This document shows positions 1-13,295 of a DNA stretch of 64,000 bases, one piece after another. Both the position numbers and the translations under genes were made by a program. Positions within the stretch are counted from its first letter, which is position 1. Every line of letters starts with the position of its first letter. Under the pieces are notes generated by a model, which did not search any database, had not been told where the DNA came from, and was given only the letters and a program-made list of their open reading frames with translations. The stretch covers positions 558,001-622,000 of the forward strand of contig OZ176055.1 in the NCBI GenBank assembly GCA_964247055.1, read 5' to 3'. Source of the stretch: Paragordius varius (Eukaryota; Animalia; Nematomorpha).

Positions 1-822
1 TTTTATTTGGAAAACTATATTTTATCTTAACATATTTTATTTGGATGAGTGTTATTCGTTTAATATAGATTAAATACTTAATAAAACTCAAGGACTAACA
101 TAGATCAATAAATAGTATACCAGGAAAATAAAAAAACATGGCAATTATTATAGTGTAACATTAAATTTTAGTTTAGAAAGTTAATACTTTTAAACCTAAA
201 AATTTTTATTTTAACCTCTAACCACTATATACCGACACCTGCAATAATTTTTAACAGATAACCGGATTCTTGTGATATCGAAACACGATTCTTTAGATTT
301 TTGGAGAAACGGGTGTGCCATATGTATTTATTTTTTTAGTTTAAATTGCTCGTCAAAATAAAATGACCATCATGATTTTATAATTTAAATATTTTTAAAA
401 AAAATTGATCGTACTTTTTTTTCGTATTTCATTAAGTCGGATTTGATATGCTAACAATTTTTTCTGGATATTATATTTACACTTAAAGACTGACAAACAA
501 TTTAGGCGTTATATATTAACAACATTTTTACCTCATAAATTTGTATTAACTTCTGGGTAAAAAACCATAAATTATATTAGAGTCTCAAAGCTTAGGAACA
601 GGGAAATATAGTAAAAGTAGAGCCGGTTCCGGAACTGTTTACAATTTTAATTTTAAAAAATTACCCTGGCTACGCTTACAAAATATTAGGAACCACCTCA
701 ATTCATTAAACTCGATACTAGGACGATTTTTTTTGAACCTGTTCGAAGACCTGATTTTACATATTTAAAAATATGGGTCACATAAACGTTTTTTTCACAT
801 ACAAAATTTATAATATAATTTA

Positions 823-1850
823 CAGTCATGTAGACCTTATTTTATCAAAAATTTACTTTTTTTGTTAAATGTGTATAAATATTTGGTAAAGAATAGAAAA
901 ACAAGAGCTCTATGGTATTAACCATATCATATTTATTAAAAGAGTAAAAGGAGTGAGGGGGAAGGGCGTCGGAAATTTTTAAAAAATGAAAATCTTTAAA
1001 TGTTGTTAAATAGGAATGGTAATATTTTTGTTAATTTTTTGACAAAATTTTATATATTAATTTTTTTGATAAAATATTTAACACCTAGCAATCCCAGACT
1101 AAATTTGGATTAGAATTTTTAAAAAACTAGTGAAAAAAGCGGTCCCATTTTAAATTTATGCTTTTTATCTAATAAAAATTATATAAATATGCCAAAATAT
1201 CAAAATAAAATTTTGTTATAAAAAAATCCATGTCAAACTACTTCGACGCCATTTCGCTACAAAATTTTTGTATCGTGTTAATTTAATTTTAAGGGTAAAA
1301 TTGAAACTAATTTTTTTAAATCACATCCAACATTGCTAGAAATAGAAAAGCGATTATTTTGTATTATTTTTCTATTTTATCTTTCGGTTTTAGCTTAAAA
1401 ATGAATGTGTTGTATTCATGTGTTAAACAAAACAAATTATCCACTTAAATATAAATTTTATGTATAGGTAAAAAATATATATTATAATTTATTTAATAGG
1501 ATATCACATCCTAACGAAATTGGATCAAATTGATTATTTAATGTAGCATCTATCGTGAATATCCCTTTTAAAATCGTTTCCATATCAAAACAAAAAAATT
1601 ATAATTGAGATAAAAATTACGATTTTCCTAATCTTTTTATACAATAATTTTAAGTGAACGGTTAGTAGTTAGTGTATTTTCATTTTTTACCAAAGATTTC
1701 CGATTCCCTTCCCCCACACTTCTTTTACGCTTTTAAAGAATATGATATGGTTAATACCATAGAGCTCTTGTGTTTCTATTCTTTTCCATAAATTTATACC
1801 CATTAAACGAAAAAAAGTAAATTTATGATAAAATGAAGTCTACATGACTG
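823..1850. mobile_element. Tc1/mariner-type MITE with long imperfect TIRs
   Basis: Starts TA|CAGTCATGTAGAC (821-835) and ends GTCTACATGACTG|TA (1838-1852). Inverted similarity extends about 180 bp (acaagagctctatggtattaaccatatcat at 901 vs atgatatggttaataccatagagctcttgt at 1742). TA duplication; no ORF. Confidence 0.7.
1082..1422. mobile_element. TTAA-flanked MITE (piggyBac-type) nested in the TA-MITE
   Basis: TTAA at 1078-1081 and 1423-1426. Body matches the repeat family at 24140-25238 and 34309-35095. Confidence 0.55.
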
Positions 1851-3084
1851 TATTACCATGTTTATTGAATTTGCTCAACAAGCCTTATCATCATAAATAT
1901 TCATATTTCCATGCATTTTTCTTGTTTAAATGATTATTCTGTGTGCTTTGCATTGCTTTCCTTATTATTATCTTATCCGCTTTTTTATAAGATAGTGCAT
2001 TTAATATAGCTTATTACAAATATGTTACACTTTTGTTAATTAACTTGAGGGGATAGTTAATAAAAAATACTTTTTAATTATGATTTTGCTGTTTTTAAAT
2101 TATTCTAATATTTGACTAAAGTTTTAAGAGGTATAGATTTGGCGTGATTTAAAATTTATTTCCGCATATCCAGTTTGGATTAAAAACACTTAGTCTCGCA
2201 AATTTTAAAATGGATCCTACAATTTTGTATGCTAAAATATTATTGTATAAACTTAAGAATTCCTAATATAATTTTATTCAATCCTATAATATCAAAATGC
2301 TATATTCCAAATACATCATTGTATCATAATCAACATTTAAAAGCAAAACATTTGTATTTTTCCGAAACAACATTTTGAATTCAAAATAGTGGGAAGAGTC
2401 AGGGTGATATAATAATTTTGAATATGTCAAACTTTTTTCAAGAAACAAATTTTTATGTTGAAAGAGATTTGATACAAATTAAAAAATACAATTATAAAAA
2501 TGTAGAAATGATACATATTTATTAAAAAGCACCATATTATTTACAAAAATTTATATTTTTTATAATTTTAATAATTGGATATGTAGAAAAAATCAAAGTT
2601 TAAAATAGATGGCTTTTATGTATTAACTGATATACCAATTTTAATTATTTTGATTTTTACTGTATTTTTTCAATTTTATAATTTAATTTGATGTATTTTA
2701 AATTATTCATATTTTACATCATTAAAGCTAACGGTTTTGATGAAGCATTTCTGAAAACGATTCATATTTATAGAAACCCAGACTGTGATTCCAATTTCTA
2801 AATTTTTTACATTGACTGGATATAGCTTGAATGTACAATATATTAATAATCCTTCGTTAAGGGTATATTTAAAAAGTTTGTAAAACCTCATGACGTTAGT
2901 CAAAATCAATCGCCACCAATTAAATAATCTCTATCATATTTATCACCATATAATGTATCTAACTTAACTAATTATTTATTAAAACAATTTAAATTATAAA
3001 TTTTTCACAATATTGGTGTTTAATAGTTAAAATTATAGACTAGGCCTTAAACAGTAAAAAAATTTTCATAAACACTAATGTGGT

Positions 3085-3355
3085 TCATTTGTGTCTGGGG
3101 ATATCACGGTAACCAGTTCCTGGGTAATGTTTTCGAACTGCGATAGGCTCTTCAACCGGAATTCTATCTTCCGCGCTCGCAGACATGTAGCCTGAAATTA
3201 AACAATTATTTTAAAATATGAAAAAAATAGACAACTGATAAAATCAACAAAAATATTTTTAAGTAATATCAGTGTGTTTTTTTTGTTTAAAACTAAAAAT
3301 AAAATATACCCAAAATTAGGACCGAAATCACTGATATAACATGTAATAGTTTCAT
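3085..3355 (-). CDS. Small secreted peptide, 50 aa, spliced (coding exons 3355-3310 and 3191-3085): MKLLHVISVISVLILGYMSASAEDRIPVEEPIAVRKHYPGTGYRDIPRHK
   Basis: Phase-1 GT-AG intron (3309-3192) joins a hydrophobic signal exon to an open second exon. A 43-nt 5'UTR intron (3414-3372), TATATAA (3482-3476) and AATAAA (2980-2975) are also present. All are conserved in the paralogue at 59937-60201. Confidence 0.75.
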
Positions 3356-3475
3356 GATGTTGCAGTTCTTTCTAAAAATCATAAAATAAAATTGGATTAA
3401 TTTTTGAAATTTACCTGGTATTCGTCAATAATTAAGGATGAGCAAAAAAACGATGAGGAAAAAAAATTATATTGG

Positions 3476-3482
3476 TTATATA
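3476..3482 (-). promoter_or_regulatory. TATA box of peptide gene copy 1
   Basis: TATATAA on the minus strand about 30 nt upstream of an Inr-like TCATC; same position in copy 2. Confidence 0.55.
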
Positions 3483-3947
3483 AAAAAATTATTGATTTAT
3501 ACAATTGTCGACATACTATTTTAAATGGCAACTTAAAATATTGATCGAAAATACAATATATGATTAAGCTTTTTTTAAATGGATTTAAAAAATCAAACAC
3601 TTGTATTAAATTATTAATGAAAAAGTCCCTTTTCCTCTATACTGAACACCACCTGCCTTACATAATTAGCTAAACAAAAATTAAAGTTTATTTTAAGACA
3701 AAGATTAAGAGGCAGAAACAGCTATTTAAACATAATAATTGGTAAAATTTTATAGATTATATAAAATTAAAGGCGTAAAAATAATGGCTTGATTAATAAA
3801 CTATATTAATAGGGCGCTTTTAATTAACAAGTGTCATTGTATGTTTTCTAACGTAAAGATCTTTTTAAATTAAAATAAATTTTACTTTAGACTCAAAGTG
3901 GGGAGTTACAACATTGGCCCAACAAATATTTTATGAAATATATAAGG

Positions 3948-4370
3948 CAGGGGTGGCCAACACGCAGCTCGCGTGCCGCATGGGCCCGTCCATAAAATTG
4001 TTGTAGCCAGCAAAAATTTCAAATGCAAAATTTTACGAAATATAAATAAAATTAAAATTATTATACAAATTTTCTAAAAAAATCTTTCCGACGTTTGAAA
4101 ATGTAGCAAAAATTGTTAAAATAATGAGTAGTTTTTAAAGTCATATGTTTAAAAGCTAATAAAATTTTGTTAATGCCCAGATATTTTGCAGTAAAATGTA
4201 AAAAGCAATTCATCCAAATTTAGATATAATATTTAAATTTAATCATCTTTTTCCGTCGATCTTAATAAGAGTGTTCAAGTATTACAATTGACATTTTTTT
4301 CTCCAAATTATTTTTATTTTATAATTTAACTTATTTAAATATATTTATTAACATAATGCATAAATTAAAT
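3948..4370 (+). mobile_element. hAT (Charlie-like) terminal fragment
   Basis: CAGGGGTGGCCAACACGCAGCTCGCGTGCCGCATG is typical of Charlie-like 5' ends. Mirrored at about 58900-59342. The right end is not clearly identifiable, so the end coordinate is approximate. Confidence 0.4.
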
Positions 4371-4479
4371 TAGGGCCGCCCTTTTTCGTAATTCAAAAAA
4401 TATCGATTTTCAAGTTAGCGGCGGACTATGGTGCCCATTTTAAAAACGATAGAGTAAATATTTTTTTGTGAAATAAAAA

Positions 4480-4800
4480 TTTTTAACATTTAAGGTGTCA
4501 GTAAATCTATATGAATCATGAGACACTGTTATAATCGGATTAACTATGATCAAAATAATAACCTGAATGAATTATAAGATACTGTTATTATTGGTTTAAC
4601 TATGATCAAAATAATTATAAATTGGATAGTAGTCTTTGATAAAAACTTTTCTTCGTGAAACTCTTCATTAAACGGATCGGATATATATAACCTTACCGAA
4701 TGCAGCATAAAGATATAACATGGAGGAGCGTGGGGGATATCACTTATCAATTATCTGGTTACACAAAAAATATAAATTACTATGTCCCTTTTCAAATCGG
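4480..4800 (+). mobile_element. Possible decayed APE-endonuclease LINE fragment
   Basis: Broken frames resemble APE motifs (W-F-N; NGYNLYR...RGG-like). Homologous to 58450-58780 and 63700-63960 on the minus strand. Confidence 0.35.
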
Positions 4801-5549
4801 ATTGATAACATGTGAGATCTGTATTAACTAGTTCCTCATTAGCATGCCTTTTGTAAATGGGTCGTTCACATGTAGAAGTTTGAACGTAGCATCTATTTAA
4901 AAAATATTAAAACAGTTTTGAGTTAGAGCCCTCATTTTCTTTGAGGCAATTATGTTAGTTATTATTAGTATCTTTTGGGAGGCAAAGCATAAATTTTATG
5001 CCCAGCTGTAGATCGATTACTAGGTTACGAAATTATTTGATTGTGTCATGCTTCAACAGTTAATTTTTTTTTAATCCAACAGTGGATCAGATTAAATTTT
5101 TAAATCAAGGTTGTTCTGATGATCAATATTATTTTAGAAACATATAATGTTATCTGCATATGCATAGACATCTATGCCTATATCTAAGGCATTAAAAATT
5201 TTGACGCATTCACAAATAGAACCCCAGATAGACAGCACTCTTGTTAAATGGTTTGGTTCAGTTTGATAGGTGTGGTGAAATTGGGGCAGGAATAGACGTG
5301 TAAGCGTTTGAAAGAGTATTTGTAACTAGGGAGAGATTAACGGATATAAATAATCTTTTAAGGTTGGTGAGAATTACTGCATAATGTATTTATCGAATAT
5401 TTTAAATATATCGATGCAAGTATTATTAGTTTGTTTCCAATTCTATTTAACATAGTTAAATTTTGGTTTTAAAACTTAAACCATAGGGGACTGTTTTGAA
5501 ATATTAATAGTTTGTGTTTTTGCTAAGGGGAATGCAATTTTATTCACCA

Positions 5550-7290
5550 CTAAATATGTAAACCGCCTTTATATGCAGCTAGCTTGGCTAATAGGGCGTA
5601 AACAAACAGAAAAGGAAGCAAGCTGATATCAGATGGATTAATCTAACGAGCCTATCTCACTAATCCACAACTCCTTTGGCCCAAACATCCATTCGCTCTG
5701 GCAACGATATGACTTCCTCGATTAAACTAATAAGGCATCAAACAAGAATGCTCTCTTTCAAGGCTTTTATTCATAATTGGATTAAATGGCATCATAAAGC
5801 GAGCCTCCGATAAAGAAATTGATTTATATGCATATGACATCATTTGTATATACTATAATGAAATTGATCACCAAAAAAATATTAACTTTATTGCTAATGA
5901 CTGAATCGGGTTCAGCCTAATGTTAATCCAATGCTTAAAAATCAATGATACTGATTTTCTTGGTAAACGAAATAAAAATAATTGAGAACACCAAAAATTA
6001 AATAGGGTAATGCAATGTGTTATTCATTACCATTTTCCCCGCAGTAATTAAATTAGCCGAGAAAATTCCGATATCTAACCTTGCCATTAAGCAAAAGTTA
6101 GATGCAAAAAACTTTTATTAAACTCTAACATATTACCTTTGTTTGAATCAATTTAATTACTCAAACTTGATACACATATGTCAAGTATCGTAAAATCAAT
6201 ACTAGGCTTTCCAAAAGATGCTACTAACAATTATATCTTTGCACCGAGGAGTAAGGAAGCCCTCGGTGTTCCTAAAACTGTGACATCTTCAGAATTGATG
6301 CTACCTTTAAACTTCTTTACTCAAATGACCCTATAATCAAAAAATTTGCTCTAGAGAAGCTAAATCTAACAGTTAAAAAAGATTCAAACTCAATTCAACC
6401 CCAACATAAACAAATGTGCCAATCTCTGCAGAGGATCTATATGGCCACATAACTCATGCGAACGTATAGTACCTTGCTTGCGAATTCTTAATTTCACTTG
6501 CTGCGATTTGGGAACCCCTAGGATACTTTTTCGCTATTCAATTACGCAAAAGATTTATTTTTCCGGCATGAAAACCTAATTCACCTGTTCTAGAATGCAA
6601 TAAGAGGTGGGAAAGATGAGAATTTCCATCAACTCGCGAACCAAGGGAAAATATTAAAATGCGTTGCCTTGAATCATCCCATTCCTTTATATTCTCTGGC
6701 AAAAAAGCTGTTTAAAGACTGGAGATTCATTCATAGGGCCAGAGTCAACCTCTCCATTAACTGCAAACCGGGAGGTTTGATGATAACTCTTGCAGAAGGT
6801 GGCAGGACAGAATCGAATTAGGAATAACCACAGCCTTATAGACACAGGTATGTCACCGAGCGATACAACAGGGTGGTCGATTATATCAAAGTCATTATGT
6901 CAGAAAGGTTCTCGATAAAAGAATTAAAAGATTGATGACTCAAACTTAAGATAAACTTAATAATTACTGATAATCTTAAAAAAACAAAATTTCATCCGTA
7001 GATGATGCCATTACGAAACTTACAAAGTATAACCACCGAATCTGCTCCCTTTCAGGTGAATACTCTAACGTTGAAATTCTGTAGTGATAGAAGCTCTAGG
7101 CTCATGGTACCCCCGAAACGACAAACTTTTCGATGCACTTGGAATAAAATACCCCAACCGTATCAAACAAGAAGTCATAGCGCGGAAGTGCTCAAATCTT
7201 CTTGTGACATCTACCACCTATACGTTCAACCTCTATCTTAAACTCCAGTAATTGACTTCCTCGACCAACATCCGTGCTCAAGATAAAATT
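5550..7290 (+). mobile_element. Decayed RLE retrotransposon copy (RT to RLE, no 3'UTR), antisense to and abutting the downstream flank of U1b
   Basis: Degenerate KQG, PWQKL-region, LGFPKDATNNYIF and AEVLKSSCDIYH motifs; ends near the ORF stop. Confidence 0.85.
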
Positions 7291-7327
7291 GGCTGTAAAA
7301 AAAGTAAATTTAACTTAGTAGATATAA

Positions 7328-7463
7328 GGCGGTAAGCGCGAACGCAAATCGTTAACACCCATACATTATGCGCTTAACGTGGCCCAATTTGGAGTAGTTT
7401 TAGCTATTAAAATCGAAGTGCAATGGTTAGCCTTTAACTAGGATATCTTCCCGATCAGAGAAA
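7328..7463 (-). pseudogene. U1: U1b snRNA 3' remnant (from nt 22), interrupted by retrotransposon
   Basis: Reverse complement contains CCATTGCACTTCG (SL2 loop), an Sm-like site and GCGTTCGCGCTTACCGCC (SL4). Its 5' side is joined to the element 3'UTR. Confidence 0.9.
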
Positions 7464-10400
7464 ATTAAAATTTATTAAGGATATGATATAAACATATCAA
7501 TAAAAATTGTAAAAGAAAAAGAGTAAAGGGATTGAAATATGGATAAATGGAAATATAATACACATCTCATTTGTATGATATTATAAGGAAAGGCTATAAA
7601 GGTGTAAATTTATAATATTTGTAAGAATAAAAATATATATAAGATAGAAAAAACGAACCTTCCTGGTTTCCAGTTAAGAGGGAGAAGGTTGGGTCTCCTA
7701 TAACACTAGTCGACATGGACATTATTAAGCACCACCACTCAAACTTTTTAAATTATGACTAATTTCAGTGTTTTAAAACCGAATTTAAAAAAATTTTGAA
7801 ATTTTATAGGTTTTTCAATTTTTCAAAAACAAGAGAAAATTGAGAGAAAATCAAATATAACTCTATAATAAAATGTTATTATATTATAAACTTAATATCA
7901 TTTAATAAATTAAACTCTATCTTATATATAAATATGTCATTTAAATATCAGAGAGAAAAAAATAGTACGGACTTAAACGTCAAAATTTAGTCTTTTTTTT
8001 AAGTGAATTTTTAACACATATAAATTTTTTTTAAAAAAATACTAAAATAGGCATTCTATGGTTTAAACCTTCGGCTTTCAGATAGGCTATATTTTTTTTG
8101 TTAGTTTTCGTTGAGTACTTATTAGACTTTTTCTCTTGAGTTGGTTCTTATAAAAAATCCTTTATTTATACCTAGTGGATATACCTTATTTTTTTAAAAA
8201 TTATTGGTTGTTTTGTATTTTGAATTTCAGATGGATGTTGTGTAGCCACTTTTAGTAGAATTTACTGTTATGGGATTGGACCATTTGTATTTACCTAATT
8301 TATATTCAATTTAATTGTAGAATTTATCTAACTTTATTCTGCAAATTGGTTAATTTGACATGTCAATTTGCCTGGATTTTGCTTGCAAGTCTCTCTTATC
8401 GGACTTTACGATTACTTATTGTTATCTTTGCCACATCTGGCATAATTATAGGATCGCTTGGGGGATATGCAGAGCTTGTGCTGCCGCCCGGATCTATCAC
8501 ACTATACATAAGTCCCTTTTAGATTTTTAATACTTTGGCTCTTAGCTTGTTTAGTACTTATTTAATGCCTAGAATTTGTTATCCATGCATGGAATATTAC
8601 TTGTATCGACTTGCTCGTTTGAATATTTAAAATATGTGCACGAGGAATGATTGTTATTTTTGAATTAAATACAAAATTAAAAATTAAATTTTGGAAAAAT
8701 CCTATTGGTGGCCTCAATTTTCTTTTTTGTTTTGGCCTTTCCATGCCATTAGGTATTAGAAAATGCAAAAATAATGGGATCTCCAATTCTTAACCCACTG
8801 GTTTTTGCCCGAGAATAAGAAGGATTGGGAAGATTTATCGAAGGCGACACATTCCATTATCCTCTCTTGGTTTGAAAGGTGGTGAAAATTCAAGTCCTTC
8901 TCACCTCTTTATTGCATTCCGGAACAGGTGAACAAGGGAATTTAAATCTAGAACTATTGTACTTTGACGAAAATAAATGGCGTAAAGATTCATCAAGGGG
9001 GGCCCATGTCACGGCAAGCGAGAATGAAGATTTGCGAGCCAGTGACCATAGGTTCGCGTAAATAATATGGCTAATCATCTTCCTTGGCGGAAAGGTAGTT
9101 GCATATGATTCTGAGATGGGGTAGAGGTAAGTCTATACCTTTCTTTGACTGAGTTCTTCCTGAGCTTTATTTTTTGACCATTGGGTCTTTTGAATGCAGC
9201 AATTTAAAGGCTGCATCAATTCATGTTATAATCGCTTTTTAGCTGCTGGATGCCCAGGGCTCCGTTATTCCTTGATGCAATGTAGTTGTTAGTAGCATCT
9301 TTTAGGAGCCCTAGTATTGGTTTTAGGATACTCAGCAACTGTATATCAAGTTTGTCTCTGGTGGCGAAGTTAAATTGATTTAATCGTAGGTATTATGTTA
9401 GTTGGGTAAGAGAAGCTTTTGATTGCGTCTAATTTTTGCCAAGGGGCAAGGTTAAATTTAGCAATTTTGTCAGCTAATTCAACATCGGGGGGAGGGCCTA
9501 TTATATCCCAGATAATTTATGGTTTAGTGGGCCTCACATTTAGGAATCTTTATATCATTTATCAAGAATATGTAATTATTGTTGACATGAATATTGGAGT
9601 ATTTTGCAGGATTAACATCGAGGTGAATTTGATTTAGTTCATAACAATAAAATCAATATTGTTTTGGTGATCCATTTTATTATGGAATATGCATATGATG
9701 TCAGCTGCATATGCATTAAATCAATCCCCTTATCAGAATATCACCTGATGATATTTTTTAGACCTTATGAATAGGAGCCCTGAAAGAAGGCATCCTTGTT
9801 TTATTCCCCGGTCCAGTTTTATCGGGGAAGTAATCTCATTTCCGGCGCAAATGAATAAGTTTGCTAGGAAATTTTATTTAGATGTTCTCTGGGACTCCTA
9901 GCCTTTTTAGAATGTTGAGGATGATCGGGTGCGGGATTTTGTCATACGCATTTGAAATGTCAATGCATGTGACATGAGCTTGTTTTTTTTTCTCTTTGAA
10001 GAGATCAAGTTTGGATTTTATGATGTAATTGAGCTCGAAGCACCCGTCATAAGGGAGGAAGCCCTTTTGACGGGAAGCTAGTAGTTGGTTTGTTACGAGA
10101 TGCTGGGTGATTTATTCAAAACTAGGGCCGCGAATAGACTGTACAGGCAAGTGAGGGCAATGGATCGCGTGTTTTTTAAGGTGTTTTTATCACTATGTTT
10201 ATGGATCAAAAGGGTTATGGAGTGGTTCCATGAAGTAATAATCTTCCTGTGTTGGAGACAGAGATTAAATAGGCTAGTTAGAATGATAGCTTTAGAATCC
10301 TTATTTTTTAGGTCTCTGTAGCTTATTCCATCGGGCCCGGGTGACGTGTTTCCATTTTTTTTTTCGGGACTTATGTACAATTGAAAGAATATGACATCAT

Positions 10401-10876
10401 TGGAGAGGGAACAGAATCATTATTAATGAATGGTGCTGGGAGGTTATTATTGTAAAGGGATTGAGAGCGTTGTTTAATCTCAGCAATCGGGGAAGTGCAG
10501 TAGGTGTGGGATCCCTGAGTGATTAACCGGATGGCTCTTCTTCTGTTGAAACGATATATTTTCTGAACGTATTTAGGGGATAAATTAACTTGCTGGGGAG
10601 GATTTGCGTTTTAAAGTTGGGTGTGTGCTTGTTGCAATGAATGAAAAAAGTCATATCTAATAATGCATCAACTTCTTCCCAGCTTTCAGTTGAAATTAAA
10701 GTCAGTTTTTGAAGGAGAAATTTTAAAGTTACCTGCTCAGATGGGGAGTTACTTGGATTAGGTATAGGTGTAATTGGTAATGAGCTGGTGATAATAGGGA
10801 TTAGATTGGACTTTTTGGTGGAATTGATAGTTTGGTTTTCAAGTTTTTTTCTTTTACTCGGGTTTGGAGGTTGACG
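7464..10876 (-). mobile_element. U1-inserted RLE retrotransposon, gamma-type 3'UTR, 5'-truncated, RLE deleted, with a ~1.07 kb insertion (about 7702-8776)
   Basis: 3'UTR at 7464-7655 joins the ARLNLLPLN segment (7655-7700), which resumes at about 8777. RT motifs (GPDG, ALTCLYSLF, KQG) lie at 9700-10380. Confidence 0.8.
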
Positions 10877-10888
10877 AGTATTATTATC

Positions 10889-12905
10889 ATCCGGTTAATC
10901 ACTCAGTACCACCAACGTACTGCACCTCCCCGATTGCTGAGATTGAACAACACTTCCAATACCTTTACAATAATAACCTACCACCACCACTCATTAATAA
11001 TAACTCTCTTTCCGCTCCAATGATGTCGGATATCGCTTTCAGTTGTACAGAGGTCTCCGATAAACTTAAAAAATGGAAAACACCTCACCCGGGCCCGATG
11101 GAATAAGCTAGATGCTAAATATCTCTGTCTCCAACACAGATTCCCATTTTATGGAACCACTCCACCATCATTTTGATCCATAAACATGGCGATAAAAACA
11201 CCTTAAAAAACGGGTGACCTTCGCCCTCACCAGTTGCCTGTATAGGCTATTCGCGGCCCTAGTCTCGAACAAAATAACCCAGCATCTCGTTACAAACAAT
11301 CTACTAGCTCCCCGTCAAATGCGCTTCCTCCCTTATGACGGGTGCTTTGAGCTGAATTACATGATAAAATCTAAACTTGATCTCTCTAAAAAGAAGAAAA
11401 AACAAGCTCATGTCACATGCATTAACATATGCGTTTGACAAAATTTCGCACCCAATCATCCTAAACAACCTTAAAAGGGTTGGTGTTTCGGATGGCATAA
11501 TATCCATCATTGCAACCTCTCTCTCACTGGCCAAAACATCCAACGTGCCGGTAATGAGGTCCTTTCTCCGATTAATCTAAACAGGGGCATCAAACAAGGT
11601 AGCCCCATCTCAGGGCTCTTGTTTATAATCGGTTTGAATGAGATCATGAAGCGGGCCTCCAATAGGGGGATTGATCTGTATGCATATGCTGATGACATCA
11701 TATGCATATCCCGCAATGAAAGTGAACATCAAAGCAACATCAACTTTATTGTTAACGAACTGCTGATGCATCTCAATGTCAATCCTGAAAAATGCTCAAA
11801 CATCAACGTCAACAGCAATTCCTCTTTTTTGATAAATGATACAAGGATCCCCAATCGTGGGGTCCATCAAACCATAAAATACCTGGGAAATCCAATAGGG
11901 TTGTTCCCTACTATTCCTCTCCCAGACATTGAACTAGCTGACAAAATTGCCAAATCAATTCTTGCCCCATGGCAAAAATTAGACGCAATCAAAAGCTTTA
12001 TCTTTAAACTATTTCCTCCGATTAAATCAGTTCAATTACGCTACAAGTGACAAACTAGATACGGAAATGATGCATATATTAAAACCAATACTAGGGCTCC
12101 CAAAAGATGCTACTAACAATTACATCTTCGCATCGTTGAGTAAGGGAACTCTAGGTATCCAGCAGCTAAAAAGCCACTTCAATATTTTCAGGATTGATGC
12201 TGCATTTAAACTCCTTCACTCAAATGACCCCTTAGTCAAAAATTATGCTCAAAAAGAGCTAAATTTAACAGTTAAAAAAAGCTTAGACTCACCTCAACCC
12301 CATCTCATGATTATGTGTGCAAATACCTTTCCGGCAAGGAAGATGATGCGAGTGGCGATATCAATTACGCAAACGTATAATCACTCGCAAATCTTCATTA
12401 TCGCTTGCCGCGACATGGGTCTCCCTTGGTGAATCTTACGCCATTCATTTCCGTCAAAGTACAATAATAAGTAGTAAAATATCTCAAATCCATACCCAAA
12501 GAATTTTCTGTTATATCTGAAAATCAAAAAGTTGATGACTCAAACTTACGACCTGATTAGGTAATAACTGATAACACCAACTGCTACATAATAGATCCGA
12601 CGATCCTGAAAACAGAGTTTTAGACGACGATTTAACACTAAGTCACTAAATATGATCACCTGATCGGCTCCTTCACTGGAAAATACAATGTTGAAATCAT
12701 GCCTGTAGTCATAGGAGCCCAAGGCATGACAAACTTTTTGACGCACGTGTAATAAAACACCCCACCCGTTTCAAACAAGAACTCATCGCGAAAATGCTCA
12801 AATCTTCTTTTGACATCTACCACCTATTCAGTGATCGGAACATTCAATCTCTACTTGAAACTTCCGCAATTGCCCTCCCGACAACCAACTCCGCGCTCGA
12901 TATAA
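10889..12905 (+). mobile_element. Decayed RLE retrotransposon copy without 3'UTR, antisense behind U1b
   Basis: ORF fragments with YADD, KYLG, PWQKLDAIKSF and LGIQQL; frameshifts; ends in the U1b downstream flank. Confidence 0.9.
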
Positions 12906-12949
12906 TGTTGATTTTTTAAAAAAACTAAATTTTAGTTTATTAGATATAA

Positions 12950-13061
12950 AGCGGTAAGCGCGAACGCAAACCGCCAACACCCATAAATTATGCGCTTAAC
13001 GTACCACAATTTGGAGTAGTTATAGCTATCAACTAGGATATCTCCCTTCTTAATCGGAGAA
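12950..13061 (-). pseudogene. U1: U1b snRNA 3' remnant with a 30-nt deletion of upper stem-loop II
   Basis: TTCTCCGATTAAGAAGGGAGATATCCTAGTT|GATAGCTATA...GCATAATTTATGG...GCGTTCGCGCTTACCGC. It lacks AAAGGCTAACCATTGCACTTCGGTTTTGCT, which is present at 48307-48336. Confidence 0.9.
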
Positions 13062-13295
13062 ATTTTAATTTATTAAAAAAGGGTATTATAAATATATTAT
13101 AAACAATTGCTAAAGAAAATGCAAAGGTATTGTGTAAATTAAATAATAAGGGAAAGAAGACCAAGCGTGAGTGGGAGATTGCAAAGAAAACATATAACAA
13201 AATTTGTTGTAGTATAAATGCTGAATGTTTTAATAAATAATATATAATGAAATATAAAGAGTAACAGTGTGGATGAAATGTGAGGTTTGATAGAT

